In this document: positions 34,501 through 44,307 of the stretch, one piece after another
How positions within the stretch are numbered: position 1 is the stretch's first letter
Layout of the letters: each line of letters begins with the position of its first letter
IMG/VR virus record: IMGVR_UViG_3300033480_000004
Location: 1-46,825 of that record
DNA length: 46,825 bases
Reading direction: 5' to 3' (one strand)
From: a virus
Taxonomy: Duplodnaviria > Caudoviricetes
Translations under genes and position numbers: made by a program
The notes under the pieces: generated by a model
What the model saw: the letters and a program-made list of their open reading frames with translations, nothing else
What the model was told of the DNA's origin: nothing
Databases searched by the model: none

Positions 34501-36003
34501 ATGCCAAATATCGGGGCGGCAAATATCGCCAAAATTCGGTTAGCGGAACAGGGAAGTGAACCGGCCTCACCCGCCGCCGGGTTTGTGTACCTGTTTGCCG
34601 AATCGGATGGGATTTACGCTAAACTATCCGACGGCACGCTCATGGGACCGTTTTTTGGTAGTGTGGGCGCAGATTTACAACAAATAAATACATTCTCGGT
34701 GGCGGCGGCGACGGAGCTAACGATAGATGCTGGCGCGATCACAGTAAGTCAAATGTATCATAGCATTGATACGGAGATAGATGCCGCCTCTGATAACCTG
34801 GACACAATAAACGGGTTGGGCGCGGCCATTGGCAGCGTTTGCTATTTACGCGCCAGTAACACGGCGCGTACCGTTATCCTGAAACACGGCACAGGGAACA
34901 TTTATACATTAGGTGGCACGGATATAACGCTAGATAACACCGAAAAAGTTGTCCAGGTCTTTGGTTTTAACGGAAACGTTATGGTAATCGGCGATGGGAG
35001 CGCCGCCGGTGGCGACTTAAAGGCCGATGGCACAGTGCCACTTACCGCCAACTGGGATGTTGGCGCGTTTAAGATCACTGCGAACCAATTGGAAAGTGAC
35101 GTGGCTGCCGGAACAGCGCCGCTTGTGGTTGCCAGCGACACCGTAGTCGCTAATCTAAATGCTGCTAAAGTTGGCGGGATTAGCCCGGCCTCAAGCAAAT
35201 GGCCTCTCGAAAACGGCGGAACGGAAGCGGACTTATCGGCTACCGGTCCCGGAATATTGCGTCAACTAACCAACGGCGCAGTAGCCACCAATCTGCTTTG
35301 TAACTATGCCGCCATTGTTCCGCCAGCGGTAGGCGACGATGTAAATGACGGGTATGCGGTAGGGTCAATCTGGCACGATGTAACGCACGATACCATCTAC
35401 ATGTGTATTGATGCGACAGCAGGGGCGGCAAAATGGCCGCGTATTGACGGCGATGTGATTTTATCCGGGTCTGTGGCCGCCAACGCCGCCAGCGTTTCGA
35501 TTAGCGGTTGGCCGGACGCGCCGGGGGGATATGTGTATAAGTCCTTTGAATTAACACTCAAGGGGATGCGATGCGATTTAGCCGCCACCTATGCCGATAA
35601 TGTAACATTTTACTTTAACGCCGATACCACTGCGGCAAGTTATGATGGAGCGTATTTCCGTAGTCTTGCGGATGCTATGCAAACTGCCGATTCCGTCGGT
35701 GCGCTTCCCTTTGTTACCGCAGCTTGCGCGGCGGTTAATGCTGATGCAAATATGTACGGCAATGCCCATGTTGTAATCTTCGATCCAACCGATACTCACG
35801 ATTTTAAACATTGGATAGCCACCAGTAATATCGGCAACACAACGGCAAATGAATATGGATTAGGGTGTTCTTACGGAATGTATGAAAGCGCCAATGCTAT
35901 TACCAGCATTACATTTTTGCCAACGGCAGGGACAACCTTTGAAATCGGCAACGCCAATGAACCCGTCACGCTCGAATGGACATTACGAGGAATCTTAGGA
36001 TGA
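34501..36003 (+). CDS. Tail fibre/receptor-binding-like protein 2
   Basis: N-terminus paralogous to the preceding gene; GTAPLVVASDTVVANLNA; AITSITF. Confidence 0.6.
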   Translation: MPNIGAANIAKIRLAEQGSEPASPAAGFVYLFAESDGIYAKLSDGTLMGPFFGSVGADLQQINTFSVAAATELTIDAGAITVSQMYHSIDTEIDAASDNLDTINGLGAAIGSVCYLRASNTARTVILKHGTGNIYTLGGTDITLDNTEKVVQVFGFNGNVMVIGDGSAAGGDLKADGTVPLTANWDVGAFKITANQLESDVAAGTAPLVVASDTVVANLNAAKVGGISPASSKWPLENGGTEADLSATGPGILRQLTNGAVATNLLCNYAAIVPPAVGDDVNDGYAVGSIWHDVTHDTIYMCIDATAGAAKWPRIDGDVILSGSVAANAASVSISGWPDAPGGYVYKSFELTLKGMRCDLAATYADNVTFYFNADTTAASYDGAYFRSLADAMQTADSVGALPFVTAACAAVNADANMYGNAHVVIFDPTDTHDFKHWIATSNIGNTTANEYGLGCSYGMYESANAITSITFLPTAGTTFEIGNANEPVTLEWTLRGILG

Positions 36004-36392
36004 GTAACCCCTATCCGCAACAAACTATTTTCACCGGGAAAACCGTAACCTATGCTGATACTACCGATGAATGGGTATTAGCCAACAAACCGCGTTACTT
36101 GCTGCTTACCAGCGACAAGGCGACCATCGGGCACGCCGACCCCCCTATCGATATTGCGACGATTACTGTACAACTACAATCGCCGATTATGACCGACGGG
36201 GAACGCGATAATGTGGCGGCGGCGCTGGTTGACGTGCCTATTTTGTGTGACGGTGAGCCTATAGTGGTAACACTAAATGCCAGTGGGGTAGGGACATTCA
36301 CCGTCGGCGCGATTGAAACCGGGATACTTACCATCCGTTCCGACATTAATAAAACATTAGGCAGCAACGTGTTAGGAATCGAGGTGATATAA
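36000..36392 (+). CDS. Tail-region hypothetical protein (start MSNPYP)
   Basis: ATGA overlap, GAGG RBS. Confidence 0.65.
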   Translation: MSNPYPQQTIFTGKTVTYADTTDEWVLANKPRYLLLTSDKATIGHADPPIDIATITVQLQSPIMTDGERDNVAAALVDVPILCDGEPIVVTLNASGVGTFTVGAIETGILTIRSDINKTLGSNVLGIEVI

Positions 36393-36616
36393 TGGCCGAT
36401 TTTATTAAAGGCAGGAAAGCGGCAATTGAGCTTGACGCCAAGACTGCGATTGAACAATACCAACTGGCTAAAGCCGCGCTTACTACCGACTGGCCGAATC
36501 TTAGCGCCTTACCTGCCTCGGCACAGACGGCGCTTACGGCGCTGAAAAACAACCAACTACGGATGTTGGCCGTGTTGCGTTTTCTCGGCAAAGAATATTT
36601 TGACATTGAGGGATAA
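36392..36616 (+). CDS. Small hypothetical protein
   Basis: GAGGTG RBS, TAATG coupling. Confidence 0.7.
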   Translation: MADFIKGRKAAIELDAKTAIEQYQLAKAALTTDWPNLSALPASAQTALTALKNNQLRMLAVLRFLGKEYFDIEG

Positions 36617-37683
36617 TGAATCATAATCGCCTCTTGCCCCTATTACATCCCAAAGTCACTCGCACGTTGCTTGCGCCGATATTCCCGGTGACTACCGGAT
36701 TAACCATTAAAGACACCGCTACACCTGCCAACTGGACGGTAGGCGCGACGCTTGCGCCGAGCAAACAAACGGCGGGCACGAATAACCCCGGCATTGCCAC
36801 TACCAGCGCCTATAATCGTGTACCGGGATTGGCGTTAATAGCTCGCGTCAAAAATGTGTCTACATTTGGGGGGAATAGCGCGTCCCCAATCGTATGTTGG
36901 GCAACCGGGCAAAATGGCAGTGATGTATTAACAATGGAAGGATTAGCTTGGGTTACTAATCTCTGCGCTAAAGCTATCAGTGGGTCATTGTATCCCTCAA
37001 CCCGAATCACGGCCACTGCGGATACCTATTTCCGTATCACCTTAGTATTTCGTAGCGCCGGAATGTGGATGATTGTCGATGATACCACGTTGGCCTGGTA
37101 TACATCTGCCGGTACAAATTCCCCGATGTATGGGCAAGTTGGTGGGTTGGGCGCTTCTCGTTATCCGCCTGATGTTGCTTATATGCGGATAGCCCAGTTG
37201 GGCGCTCCGTTTAATGCCGATTATGGCCTTTGTACTGCTGCACTTATTGGTACACGTAGCGCCGGGGATATCTTTACTCATGCCGCCGATACATTTATCA
37301 ACTATACTATCACTACTTTGCCCACTGGCGCGAATACCATTGATCTGCATTTCCGTATTCAGGACGCGATAAATTATTGGCAAGTACGGATTACCGCTAC
37401 CGGGGCGCTTACGCTAAATGAAGTCGTCGCCGGGGTAAGCACCCAACGCGCCACTACTGCCGCTGCCGTGACTACCGGAGACCGGATACTTATCTTGGCG
37501 GTAGGGTCTACGATTGCGTCTTATACCGCCAATACCGCACGTTGGGCATATACTAGCGCAACCAATTTCGCAACGGAGACAGACGGTGAATTAGATGCTA
37601 TCGGCGATGGCGTAGTGACTACCTTGACCGCCGCGCCACGTACATTAGACGCCGCCGCGCAAGCCGTGTTAGGACAGGTATAA
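36616..37683 (+). CDS. Beta-sandwich/lectin-like tail-associated protein
   Basis: Thr/Ala-rich; LHFRIQDAINYWQV. Confidence 0.55.
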   Translation: MNHNRLLPLLHPKVTRTLLAPIFPVTTGLTIKDTATPANWTVGATLAPSKQTAGTNNPGIATTSAYNRVPGLALIARVKNVSTFGGNSASPIVCWATGQNGSDVLTMEGLAWVTNLCAKAISGSLYPSTRITATADTYFRITLVFRSAGMWMIVDDTTLAWYTSAGTNSPMYGQVGGLGASRYPPDVAYMRIAQLGAPFNADYGLCTAALIGTRSAGDIFTHAADTFINYTITTLPTGANTIDLHFRIQDAINYWQVRITATGALTLNEVVAGVSTQRATTAAAVTTGDRILILAVGSTIASYTANTARWAYTSATNFATETDGELDAIGDGVVTTLTAAPRTLDAAAQAVLGQV

Positions 37684-37952
37684 TGATGAAAATCTTTGAA
37701 GTTGTAACCGGTTATGCCGGAACAGGGGCGCTAGACAATCCTTATCACCCGATCTTGGCTGATAAATATGCGCTGGCCGAATGGGTAGATGTGACCGGTC
37801 TGACCGTAGCGCAAATCAAAGCAGGCGGGGCGACGACGACTATTAACGTCCGTTGTATGGATGTAACCTATACCCAAATCAATGCGGATAAGGATTTTAC
37901 CGTGAAGGCTATTCCTATCGAGGAAGAACTACTTGAGGCGGAACTCCTATGA
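37683..37952 (+). CDS. Hypothetical protein
   Basis: TAATG coupling. Confidence 0.65.
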   Translation: MMKIFEVVTGYAGTGALDNPYHPILADKYALAEWVDVTGLTVAQIKAGGATTTINVRCMDVTYTQINADKDFTVKAIPIEEELLEAELL

Positions 37953-38506
37953 TCGAAAATTCACTCACTGAACTGGCAACCACTATCGGGGTTATGGCGC
38001 TGGTAGCGGCGGCTATCTTGGTAATGGTACGCCCGCTATTAAAGATATTAGAACAAATGATGACAAAATTCGATTCCGCCTTAGATCGGATTGCCGCCAA
38101 CGCCGATAAACAAACCGGGATATTAGACGGAATCATAGCCCGGATTGAAAATAGCCAAACAGTCAATCAGACCGAACACAAAGTCGCTTTAGAGTTGATA
38201 CAGAAAATGGATACTACATTGAACACCCAAACAAAGTTGACCGCAGAATCGAACGTAGGATTAGAAGCCATCCAAGCCGAGATTCTAGCGATTAAAGGGA
38301 TTGTAACTCAACTGTTGGAAGTAGTTACCCGCCTTGAGGAAACAACGGTGACAACGGCTTCTACAATAAAAGACACTCGCGCTTCTATAGACCATGTGGG
38401 AAAACGGTTAGGCGCGGTAGAAACCAAATTGGAGCAAAACGGGGGTATTCCCAAACCGGGGACAACCCTATCTGACAGTCAGGAAAGCGTGCCTAGCGGA
38501 GGCTAA
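37949..38506 (+). CDS. Membrane-anchored coiled-coil protein (lysis-module position)
   Basis: N-terminal TM IGVMALVAAAILVMV followed by long heptad region. Confidence 0.65.
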   Translation: MIENSLTELATTIGVMALVAAAILVMVRPLLKILEQMMTKFDSALDRIAANADKQTGILDGIIARIENSQTVNQTEHKVALELIQKMDTTLNTQTKLTAESNVGLEAIQAEILAIKGIVTQLLEVVTRLEETTVTTASTIKDTRASIDHVGKRLGAVETKLEQNGGIPKPGTTLSDSQESVPSGG

Positions 38507-38508
38507 CG

Positions 38509-38886
38509 ATGAATAACGAAATTGATTTGGTAGCAGTAGGAACGGAAATTGCGCGCCTGTTTGGAATGGGCGGCGTACTTATGGTGATGGTTGTCGAAGC
38601 GATCAAAATGCTTACGATCAAAGTAGAGCCAATTCGGGCGCGGCTGAATCCAACGGCCTACTTTTATATCGTTAGGGCGATTGTATTTGTTCTGGCGCTG
38701 GTCGTCTCTTTTATCAACAAACGCGATATTCTAGTAGAGATGGGCTATCCGGGGTTCGCTCCGGAAGTAGGTTACGTAGCGCGTGCGTTTTTGTTTGTTA
38801 TGGTTGAAACGGGCGGGGATGCCTTCTGGGATAAGTTCCGAGTTTACTTTGGATTGAAAGAGGCTAACAATGCGTACTATGCGTAA
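38509..38886 (+). CDS. Holin-like membrane protein
   Basis: Two to three hydrophobic segments; VVEAIK motif; GGAGG RBS. Confidence 0.55.
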   Translation: MNNEIDLVAVGTEIARLFGMGGVLMVMVVEAIKMLTIKVEPIRARLNPTAYFYIVRAIVFVLALVVSFINKRDILVEMGYPGFAPEVGYVARAFLFVMVETGGDAFWDKFRVYFGLKEANNAYYA

Positions 38887-39679
38887 AATCATCCTATGTA
38901 TGTTTATCATTTGGCTATCGGCTTGCCGCTCCGACGAGGACTGGTTACTTCTGACCACTACGCCGGAGGATGTGCCGCCGACAATCGCCGTTACGGTTAC
39001 TCTGCCAGCGATTCCCACAATTGCCCCGACAGACATTGCCACAATCGAACCTACGCCGACGGAAGAAACGGGTTGGTCGATAGATTGTGTATCGCCTAAC
39101 GTTGTATTCGTTAATCCGAACCCCTGTCTCTATGGCTTGGAAACTCAGATAATTGGTGGGCATTTACAACAGACGCCGTTACGATATGCGCCTATTTTCG
39201 GAGCGGATACTAACGGCGTGATACAGTATACCGATATCCTACGGCAAGGGAACGGCTTTGCGGTGGATTTGTTATATTACGCTGGCAGCGCCGGACTGGT
39301 TTTAGACCCGCTTGAATTGAGCGAGGGTATTTGTTATCAATTGGTTGTACGCGGGTACTCGAATATCAGTTTCGATAACTATTTCGAGGCGCGGGAAAAC
39401 TTTTTCCTGGTTGCCCACATAACCATTGACGGGCGAGTGTATACTTTATCACAACAGCAGTTGTGTACCGACTGTAATGGTCCCCGAGGGTCTATGGTCG
39501 GAGCGCGAACCTTCTTATTCCCATTCCATACTGTCCGGCATAATCCTACTGTGTCTATTGACGTTATGACTCGTGGTATTTGGGGGAACGGGAAACACGG
39601 GTCATATTGGCGGTTTGAATCAATCACGGTTGAAGAATCCGACGACCTTAATGTCTGCGCTACCGGAGCGACATTCTGA
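38870..39679 (+). CDS. Lipoprotein with Pro/Thr-rich linker
   Basis: MRKIILCMFIIWLSAC lipobox; PTIAPTDIATIEPTPT linker. Confidence 0.75.
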   Translation: MRTMRKIILCMFIIWLSACRSDEDWLLLTTTPEDVPPTIAVTVTLPAIPTIAPTDIATIEPTPTEETGWSIDCVSPNVVFVNPNPCLYGLETQIIGGHLQQTPLRYAPIFGADTNGVIQYTDILRQGNGFAVDLLYYAGSAGLVLDPLELSEGICYQLVVRGYSNISFDNYFEARENFFLVAHITIDGRVYTLSQQQLCTDCNGPRGSMVGARTFLFPFHTVRHNPTVSIDVMTRGIWGNGKHGSYWRFESITVEESDDLNVCATGATF

Positions 39680-40011
39680 TGATACCTTATACGATTGTAT
39701 TCTTCTGGGATGAGGCCGCGCAACTATATTACGCCACCGTCCCGGAAATTCGCGGTTGCCATTCGCAAGGTGAAACGTTGGCAGAGGCGGCGTTTATGAT
39801 CGTGGACGCCTATACGTCACTGACTGAGGTTATGGCCGAACTAGACGAACCATTACCAGAAGTAAAAACCAAATTCTATCTATCAGTGGATCGTAGCGAA
39901 TATGAGATAAAAATCGCGCCCGAACAACGGCTAGACTACGACCCTGCCCACACACTCCGATTAACCGTAGATGGCAAAACCGGAAATATCATTCCGCCAA
40001 ATGATGAGTAA
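39679..40011 (+). CDS. hicB: HicB-family antitoxin-like protein (orphan)
   Basis: YYATVPEIRGCHSQGETLAEA signature. Confidence 0.85.
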   Translation: MIPYTIVFFWDEAAQLYYATVPEIRGCHSQGETLAEAAFMIVDAYTSLTEVMAELDEPLPEVKTKFYLSVDRSEYEIKIAPEQRLDYDPAHTLRLTVDGKTGNIIPPNDE

Positions 40012-40032
40012 ATAATCGCGCTTCAATTCCAC

Positions 40033-40071
40033 AAAATAAAACCCGGCTAGAGGCCGGGTTCGTTTTTGTTT
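40033..40071. terminator. Bidirectional intrinsic terminator between the convergent arms
   Basis: A-tract, AACCCGGC-tagag-GCCGGGTT, T-tract. Confidence 0.85.
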
Positions 40072-40121
40072 ATGGTTCTTTCACTCTGGTTTTTAGTTGC
40101 ACTCATCCCAGACCGATACCT

Positions 40122-40445
40122 TTATTCGACGTTATGACTAGCGTCATACCCCCGTGTGTCACTTCCCCCTATTGCTCCAATCTCATGTAATGCTTCCTCT
40201 ATCGTATGCACAACTGCTTTTTGCCCTTGCCACGTTGCAAAAAACTCCGCTTCGGCGGCGGTTAATTTCTCACCAGGACGCTTGACCTCAAATAGGTAGT
40301 TTGCATCCCGCCAGCCTACAATTAAGTCCGGGCGACCAGGGTCAGAACGGTAATCCACCATTGCCCCGACAGCCCGAAGCCCCGCCACGATTCCGCGTTC
40401 GTTACTATCGCGTTTGGCGGCGCGTTTCGGAATACCTTTACTCAT
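40122..40445 (-). CDS. VRR-NUC-like PD-(D/E)xK nuclease/resolvase (start MSKGIP)
   Basis: AKRDSNE..GRPDLIVG..LFEVK..KLTAAE..F..WQG. Confidence 0.8.
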   Translation of the reverse strand: MSKGIPKRAAKRDSNERGIVAGLRAVGAMVDYRSDPGRPDLIVGWRDANYLFEVKRPGEKLTAAEAEFFATWQGQKAVVHTIEEALHEIGAIGGSDTRGYDASHNVE

Positions 40446-40668
40446 CGTCGTCTTCCACAATCGGGAATACAGGCCGCGTATAGGTTTTTCCAAGTCTAGC
40501 TTTGGTTTTCCAGGTAATCGGCGACTTTGGCGACTCAGGATTGTCGCGCCGCCAACGATAGAACTCATCGGCGGCCAATATCTCATCGCGCAATTCCGCC
40601 AGCGCCGCAGCCGGTGTCCGCAGCACTAGCCAACATAGGGTTAATCGTCGTCGGAGATCATCCATCAT
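40438..40668 (-). CDS. Hypothetical protein (start MMDDLR)
   Basis: Overlap-coupled on both sides. Confidence 0.55.
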   Translation of the reverse strand: MMDDLRRRLTLCWLVLRTPAAALAELRDEILAADEFYRWRRDNPESPKSPITWKTKARLGKTYTRPVFPIVEDDDE

Positions 40669-40963
40669 TCGCCCTTTCCGGCGCTTTTTCGCCGATGCGC
40701 TCATACCATTTCTCACGGGTATCCCACCAGCAGCCAGTCCCCTGATATATAGGGACGCAACCATCTAGTGACTTGATTCGATTGTAATGCAAATCCAAAG
40801 CATCACAGATTTCTACCCCTATCCCGGTCTCGACCTGGAAGACCATGCCCCGCGCTTTTTGCCGGTCCTCGCAGCAAGACGGAAAATCAGGGTAGACACC
40901 GCCCCACATGAGGGATAAACCAGACCAGCTTTCATTCACATAGACAACTGCGAAACTCATCAT
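40658..40963 (-). CDS. Hypothetical protein
   Basis: AAGG RBS, operon orientation. Confidence 0.55.
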   Translation of the reverse strand: MMSFAVVYVNESWSGLSLMWGGVYPDFPSCCEDRQKARGMVFQVETGIGVEICDALDLHYNRIKSLDGCVPIYQGTGCWWDTREKWYERIGEKAPERANDG

Positions 40964-41027
40964 GTGCCTTTCGATTACTCGCGCTAAGGACTCTTATCAC
41001 GAACTAATCTATTCTTCCCCGAAGAAA

Positions 41028-41249
41028 TCAATAATCATCTTCCTCGAAGAAATCAAATACTAGCCGCTTGTATTCGTCCTGAAGCGCCTTGCGGTCATAC
41101 GCATAGCGCCGTTCCACTCGCTCAAGCCTAGTTACCCATTCCCCCTTTATAGCCAGCCACTGGTTTACATGCTCAGGACAAAGCCAAGTCTGGTTTAATT
41201 GCGCGGCGGCTATCTGTTTACAACCTGGTACTTGGCACTTCTCATCCAT
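41028..41249 (-). CDS. Small zinc-finger protein
   Basis: CQVPGC...LCPEH. Confidence 0.7.
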   Translation of the reverse strand: MDEKCQVPGCKQIAAAQLNQTWLCPEHVNQWLAIKGEWVTRLERVERRYAYDRKALQDEYKRLVFDFFEEDDY

Positions 41250-41251
41250 CG

Positions 41252-41545
41252 CTATCCTAGTCCTTCCTCATAAGGATACTCACAAATAACCGATTCGCTA
41301 AAGTTGAACAGGTTGGCGTGTCGGAGTTTATCCATCATCACGTCCGCCCCCATAAACCCCTCGAGGGCATCGCCCTGTCGATCGCCATAAATGGTGTTGC
41401 CAACCTCGCCCTGATCGACCAGCAAATAGCCCCACCGATAGCACACGTAGTAGTAGTTACCTTCCGCGTCCCACATATCCCACTGAGACGGGCAGGCGGA
41501 ACAAGTCTCTATGATTTTAACTATGGTTGGCCGTTTCTCATCCAT
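41252..41545 (-). CDS. Hypothetical phage protein
   Basis: TCSACPSQWD..YYVCYRWG; GAGG RBS. Confidence 0.75.
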   Translation of the reverse strand: MDEKRPTIVKIIETCSACPSQWDMWDAEGNYYYVCYRWGYLLVDQGEVGNTIYGDRQGDALEGFMGADVMMDKLRHANLFNFSESVICEYPYEEGLG

Positions 41546-41547
41546 CG

Positions 41548-41799
41548 CTACACCTCTTCCTCATATCCATCGTGGTCTAGCACAAGGCCGCGCCGGGTTA
41601 CTCGCTCATTACGCCAGTCCTTCAGGTGACGCAACAGCGCCGCCCGGCAACTTTTACATATTCGCAGGTAGTAGCCGCTTTCAACCTCATCGACAGGGAC
41701 GAACTCTTCCGCCACTTCCGTTAAATCATAAAAGCAGGAAATTACCAAAGTGCGTTTGTCCTCACCGTGCGCGTGGCATAGCATACACGTATCGTCCAT
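41548..41799 (-). CDS. Zinc-binding hypothetical protein (start MDDTCMLC)
   Basis: AAGGAG RBS; CMLC..CKSC. Confidence 0.7.
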   Translation of the reverse strand: MDDTCMLCHAHGEDKRTLVISCFYDLTEVAEEFVPVDEVESGYYLRICKSCRAALLRHLKDWRNERVTRRGLVLDHDGYEEEV

Positions 41800-41815
41800 C
41801 GCTACTCCTTTCCCC

Positions 41816-42490
41816 TTAGTTATCGAACCAAAATACGATCCTAACTTGGTCTGGCTTCCCGACACGTAGTAATCGTGGGATTGTAGCATCCCAAAAAGAG
41901 GAACAACAGTTATGCGCCGGGGCAAACCATTGGCAACGCCCGTACAAATTCGCATATTTCTCTTTACAGACCGCCAACGCTTCCTGGTACTTGCCTTTCC
42001 GCAGAGGCAGTAGCCGTTGGCGTAGTTCATCTTCCGATACAATCTCACTTGCGCCGCCACTGATATCATCGCACCAGCCACGAGGGAACAAATCCTGATA
42101 AACTTCCTCAACCGGCCAGAGTTTCCATTGGTAATAATTCACTGCCGAAACGACCTTGTTATAGCGAAGCTCTTGCGTCCAGTCATAATCTAACAACTCC
42201 TGGACAGTAAACCAGCTATCAGAATGCCCGTCTCCACCCCACCCGCTCCGGCATTCTTTCACCTCAACACAGCAATTATCTGGCAATCCACGCGGGTGAG
42301 CGATAGGGATAGCCGAGTAATCATTTCTGACATCGGCCAAAATCGCAAATAACTCGTAACAACGCCCATTGTAAAACCCTTTGCGGAATGGCACATCTAG
42401 CCAACCATCTTCGCTTTTAGCCCAAACATCGGCAGTAACCCATCCACTACCCTTTAACTTCTCGACATATAGATGTATATCGCAGCCCAT
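41816..42490 (-). CDS. Conserved-type phage hypothetical protein
   Basis: MGCDIHLYVE..LFAILADVRN..PRGLP..GHSDSW..RIVFWFDN. Confidence 0.8.
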   Translation of the reverse strand: MGCDIHLYVEKLKGSGWVTADVWAKSEDGWLDVPFRKGFYNGRCYELFAILADVRNDYSAIPIAHPRGLPDNCCVEVKECRSGWGGDGHSDSWFTVQELLDYDWTQELRYNKVVSAVNYYQWKLWPVEEVYQDLFPRGWCDDISGGASEIVSEDELRQRLLPLRKGKYQEALAVCKEKYANLYGRCQWFAPAHNCCSSFWDATIPRLLRVGKPDQVRIVFWFDN

Positions 42491-42512
42491 AAATTACTTA
42501 CCCTTCCTGCCC

Positions 42513-42749
42513 TTATCGCAAGTTATCCGGCGCGCTGAAGTCCTGATTTTCCGCCATCCACTGCTGCACTTTCCCCAGGATGGTATCGAGGTTGTTCCCG
42601 TAGGCCGACAGGTATAACACCCCGTAGGCATCCATCACGGTAACATCGTAATAATCACCAACGCACCAAATGAATTGAGTTTGGTATCCATCCCCGACCA
42701 AGCGTTGCAAGCCCCGCAAAACGTCCCAAATATCTCCCGGCTCGCTCAT
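42513..42749 (-). CDS. Hypothetical protein
   Basis: GGGGGA RBS, operon orientation. Confidence 0.65.
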   Translation of the reverse strand: MSEPGDIWDVLRGLQRLVGDGYQTQFIWCVGDYYDVTVMDAYGVLYLSAYGNNLDTILGKVQQWMAENQDFSAPDNLR

Positions 42750-42762
42750 AGTATCCCCCCGC

Positions 42763-43008
42763 CTAAAACGGCGTTGCTTCGTTCATATCAAACCAACGTT
42801 GGAGCGCGGTTCTTTGCGCCGATGGCGTGTTCTCACAGTTCTCGATAATCGCTATCCCGGTGCTGTGCTGCCATAACCGGCAATTGACACCGGCGTTCCA
42901 TTCATCTTCCATAACTTGCCATTCCAAATCGCCGCGCCCGGTCTCTAGCTCGGTTGCCATCGCCTTAAGCATGACTTTAATTTCTTGCTCAGTGGTTAGA
43001 TCAAACAT
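42763..43008 (-). CDS. Hypothetical protein
   Basis: AGGAG RBS. Confidence 0.7.
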   Translation of the reverse strand: MFDLTTEQEIKVMLKAMATELETGRGDLEWQVMEDEWNAGVNCRLWQHSTGIAIIENCENTPSAQRTALQRWFDMNEATPF

Positions 43009-43017
43009 GATGGTCTC

Positions 43018-44307
43018 CTAGTTTTTCCTGTCGAAGTTCTGTCGAAACAGCTTTAGCTCACTCGGTTGAATAACTTCTGGCGTGTCGGCAATGAGATTAA
43101 CCCATAGGCGCATGGATAGCACCTTATTTGCATTGTATTCGATAACAATAGGTGCTGGCAGTTCAACCGATTCGCCGCCCGGTTGCCAATTTCCTACGAA
43201 CGTGTGCCATGCCCCCTCAGTCCCCCCGTCCAAAGCGCGCAACATATCACGTCCCCAAAGCGCCGGAATGGGCAAGCGATCCTTCCCTGCATCGAAGAAC
43301 GTCACCACACTAGAGCCTTTAGCGTTTTTAGTGTAGCTGGCGCGGTAGGCGGTTTTAGTATAGGTCGGTTCTGGCGTTGGTTCAGGGGCGATACCCCCGC
43401 GTACATGCAACACCGTGTCGGCAAATTCGCGCATAGACGTGGTGTCTACATTTTCCGCTTTGCGGAAGTCAGCTAAGAGGTCGTCAAAAAAAACGTTCTC
43501 ATTTTGGCTATACCAGACCATCACGCATGTCCGCGCCTGAGAAGCCGTTCCGGGATACTCGCCGAGGGTCTTGATTTCTGGCGTGTGATATTGCAATGCT
43601 CCTAAAACCTGGTCTTGCGCCATTTGGTAATGCTCGTCTGCCCACGCCGTGAACTTATTCCGAGTATCACCGTCGGCAAAGATCAAGCCGGTATTCTCTT
43701 TTGCCGGAGGCGCGGTTACTGAGTCCATTGATAAGTTTATCGGTTCAATCGCCTCGATGACTTCACCGTCGCCATCTATTACCACGTCAGGATGCAGTTC
43801 CTCAGTGGTATACAGGCCGTGAATAATATCCGAGAATACGATACGAGCGCAAGCAGACACGGCGCGCCATTTACGCATATTTTCCGGTTGTTTGCGCCAG
43901 GCGTCCCGTCCGCCGAGTCCTAATTCTTTTGCCTTCTCGATAGAGAATGTCTCGGAATGGGGTGATAATCCCTTGCGTTTCATGGTCACGGTACAGGTTG
44001 TGCCGTCGTCGCTGATGGTCATATCCTCCAATTGGCCGGAGGCGTAAATCAATGCCAACATTCCTTGCGGACTGAGTGACGGTGTACCTTGAATGACGTG
44101 AATAAACGAAATCGCCGCCATAGGCGCTAATCCGATTTCGACACCCTTAATCATGATTAAAATCAGGTCGTCTACAGTCCGGTCTTTTTTGTACGTTAGC
44201 GACGATTTCACCAACGTCTGCGCCAAGAATTGAATACTACTCATCTGCACTGGCGAAAGTGATAAGATCGACTTTGGGACTAACACTAGCGTATTATCGT
44301 TACTCAT
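43018..44307 (-). CDS. RecT/Red-beta-like single-strand annealing protein with long C-terminal extension (start MSNDN)
   Basis: GVEIGLAPMAAISFIHVIQGTP; WRKQPENMRKWRAVSACAR..F; GLYTTEEL; GGAGG RBS. Confidence 0.8.
   Translation of the reverse strand: MSNDNTLVLVPKSILSLSPVQMSSIQFLAQTLVKSSLTYKKDRTVDDLILIMIKGVEIGLAPMAAISFIHVIQGTPSLSPQGMLALIYASGQLEDMTISDDGTTCTVTMKRKGLSPHSETFSIEKAKELGLGGRDAWRKQPENMRKWRAVSACARIVFSDIIHGLYTTEELHPDVVIDGDGEVIEAIEPINLSMDSVTAPPAKENTGLIFADGDTRNKFTAWADEHYQMAQDQVLGALQYHTPEIKTLGEYPGTASQARTCVMVWYSQNENVFFDDLLADFRKAENVDTTSMREFADTVLHVRGGIAPEPTPEPTYTKTAYRASYTKNAKGSSVVTFFDAGKDRLPIPALWGRDMLRALDGGTEGAWHTFVGNWQPGGESVELPAPIVIEYNANKVLSMRLWVNLIADTPEVIQPSELKLFRQNFDRKN

Noticed and set aside
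41800-42111. N-terminal extension of track ORF 41548..42111
   Set aside because: Overlaps a convincing gene on the same strand; a strong RBS supports the start at 41799
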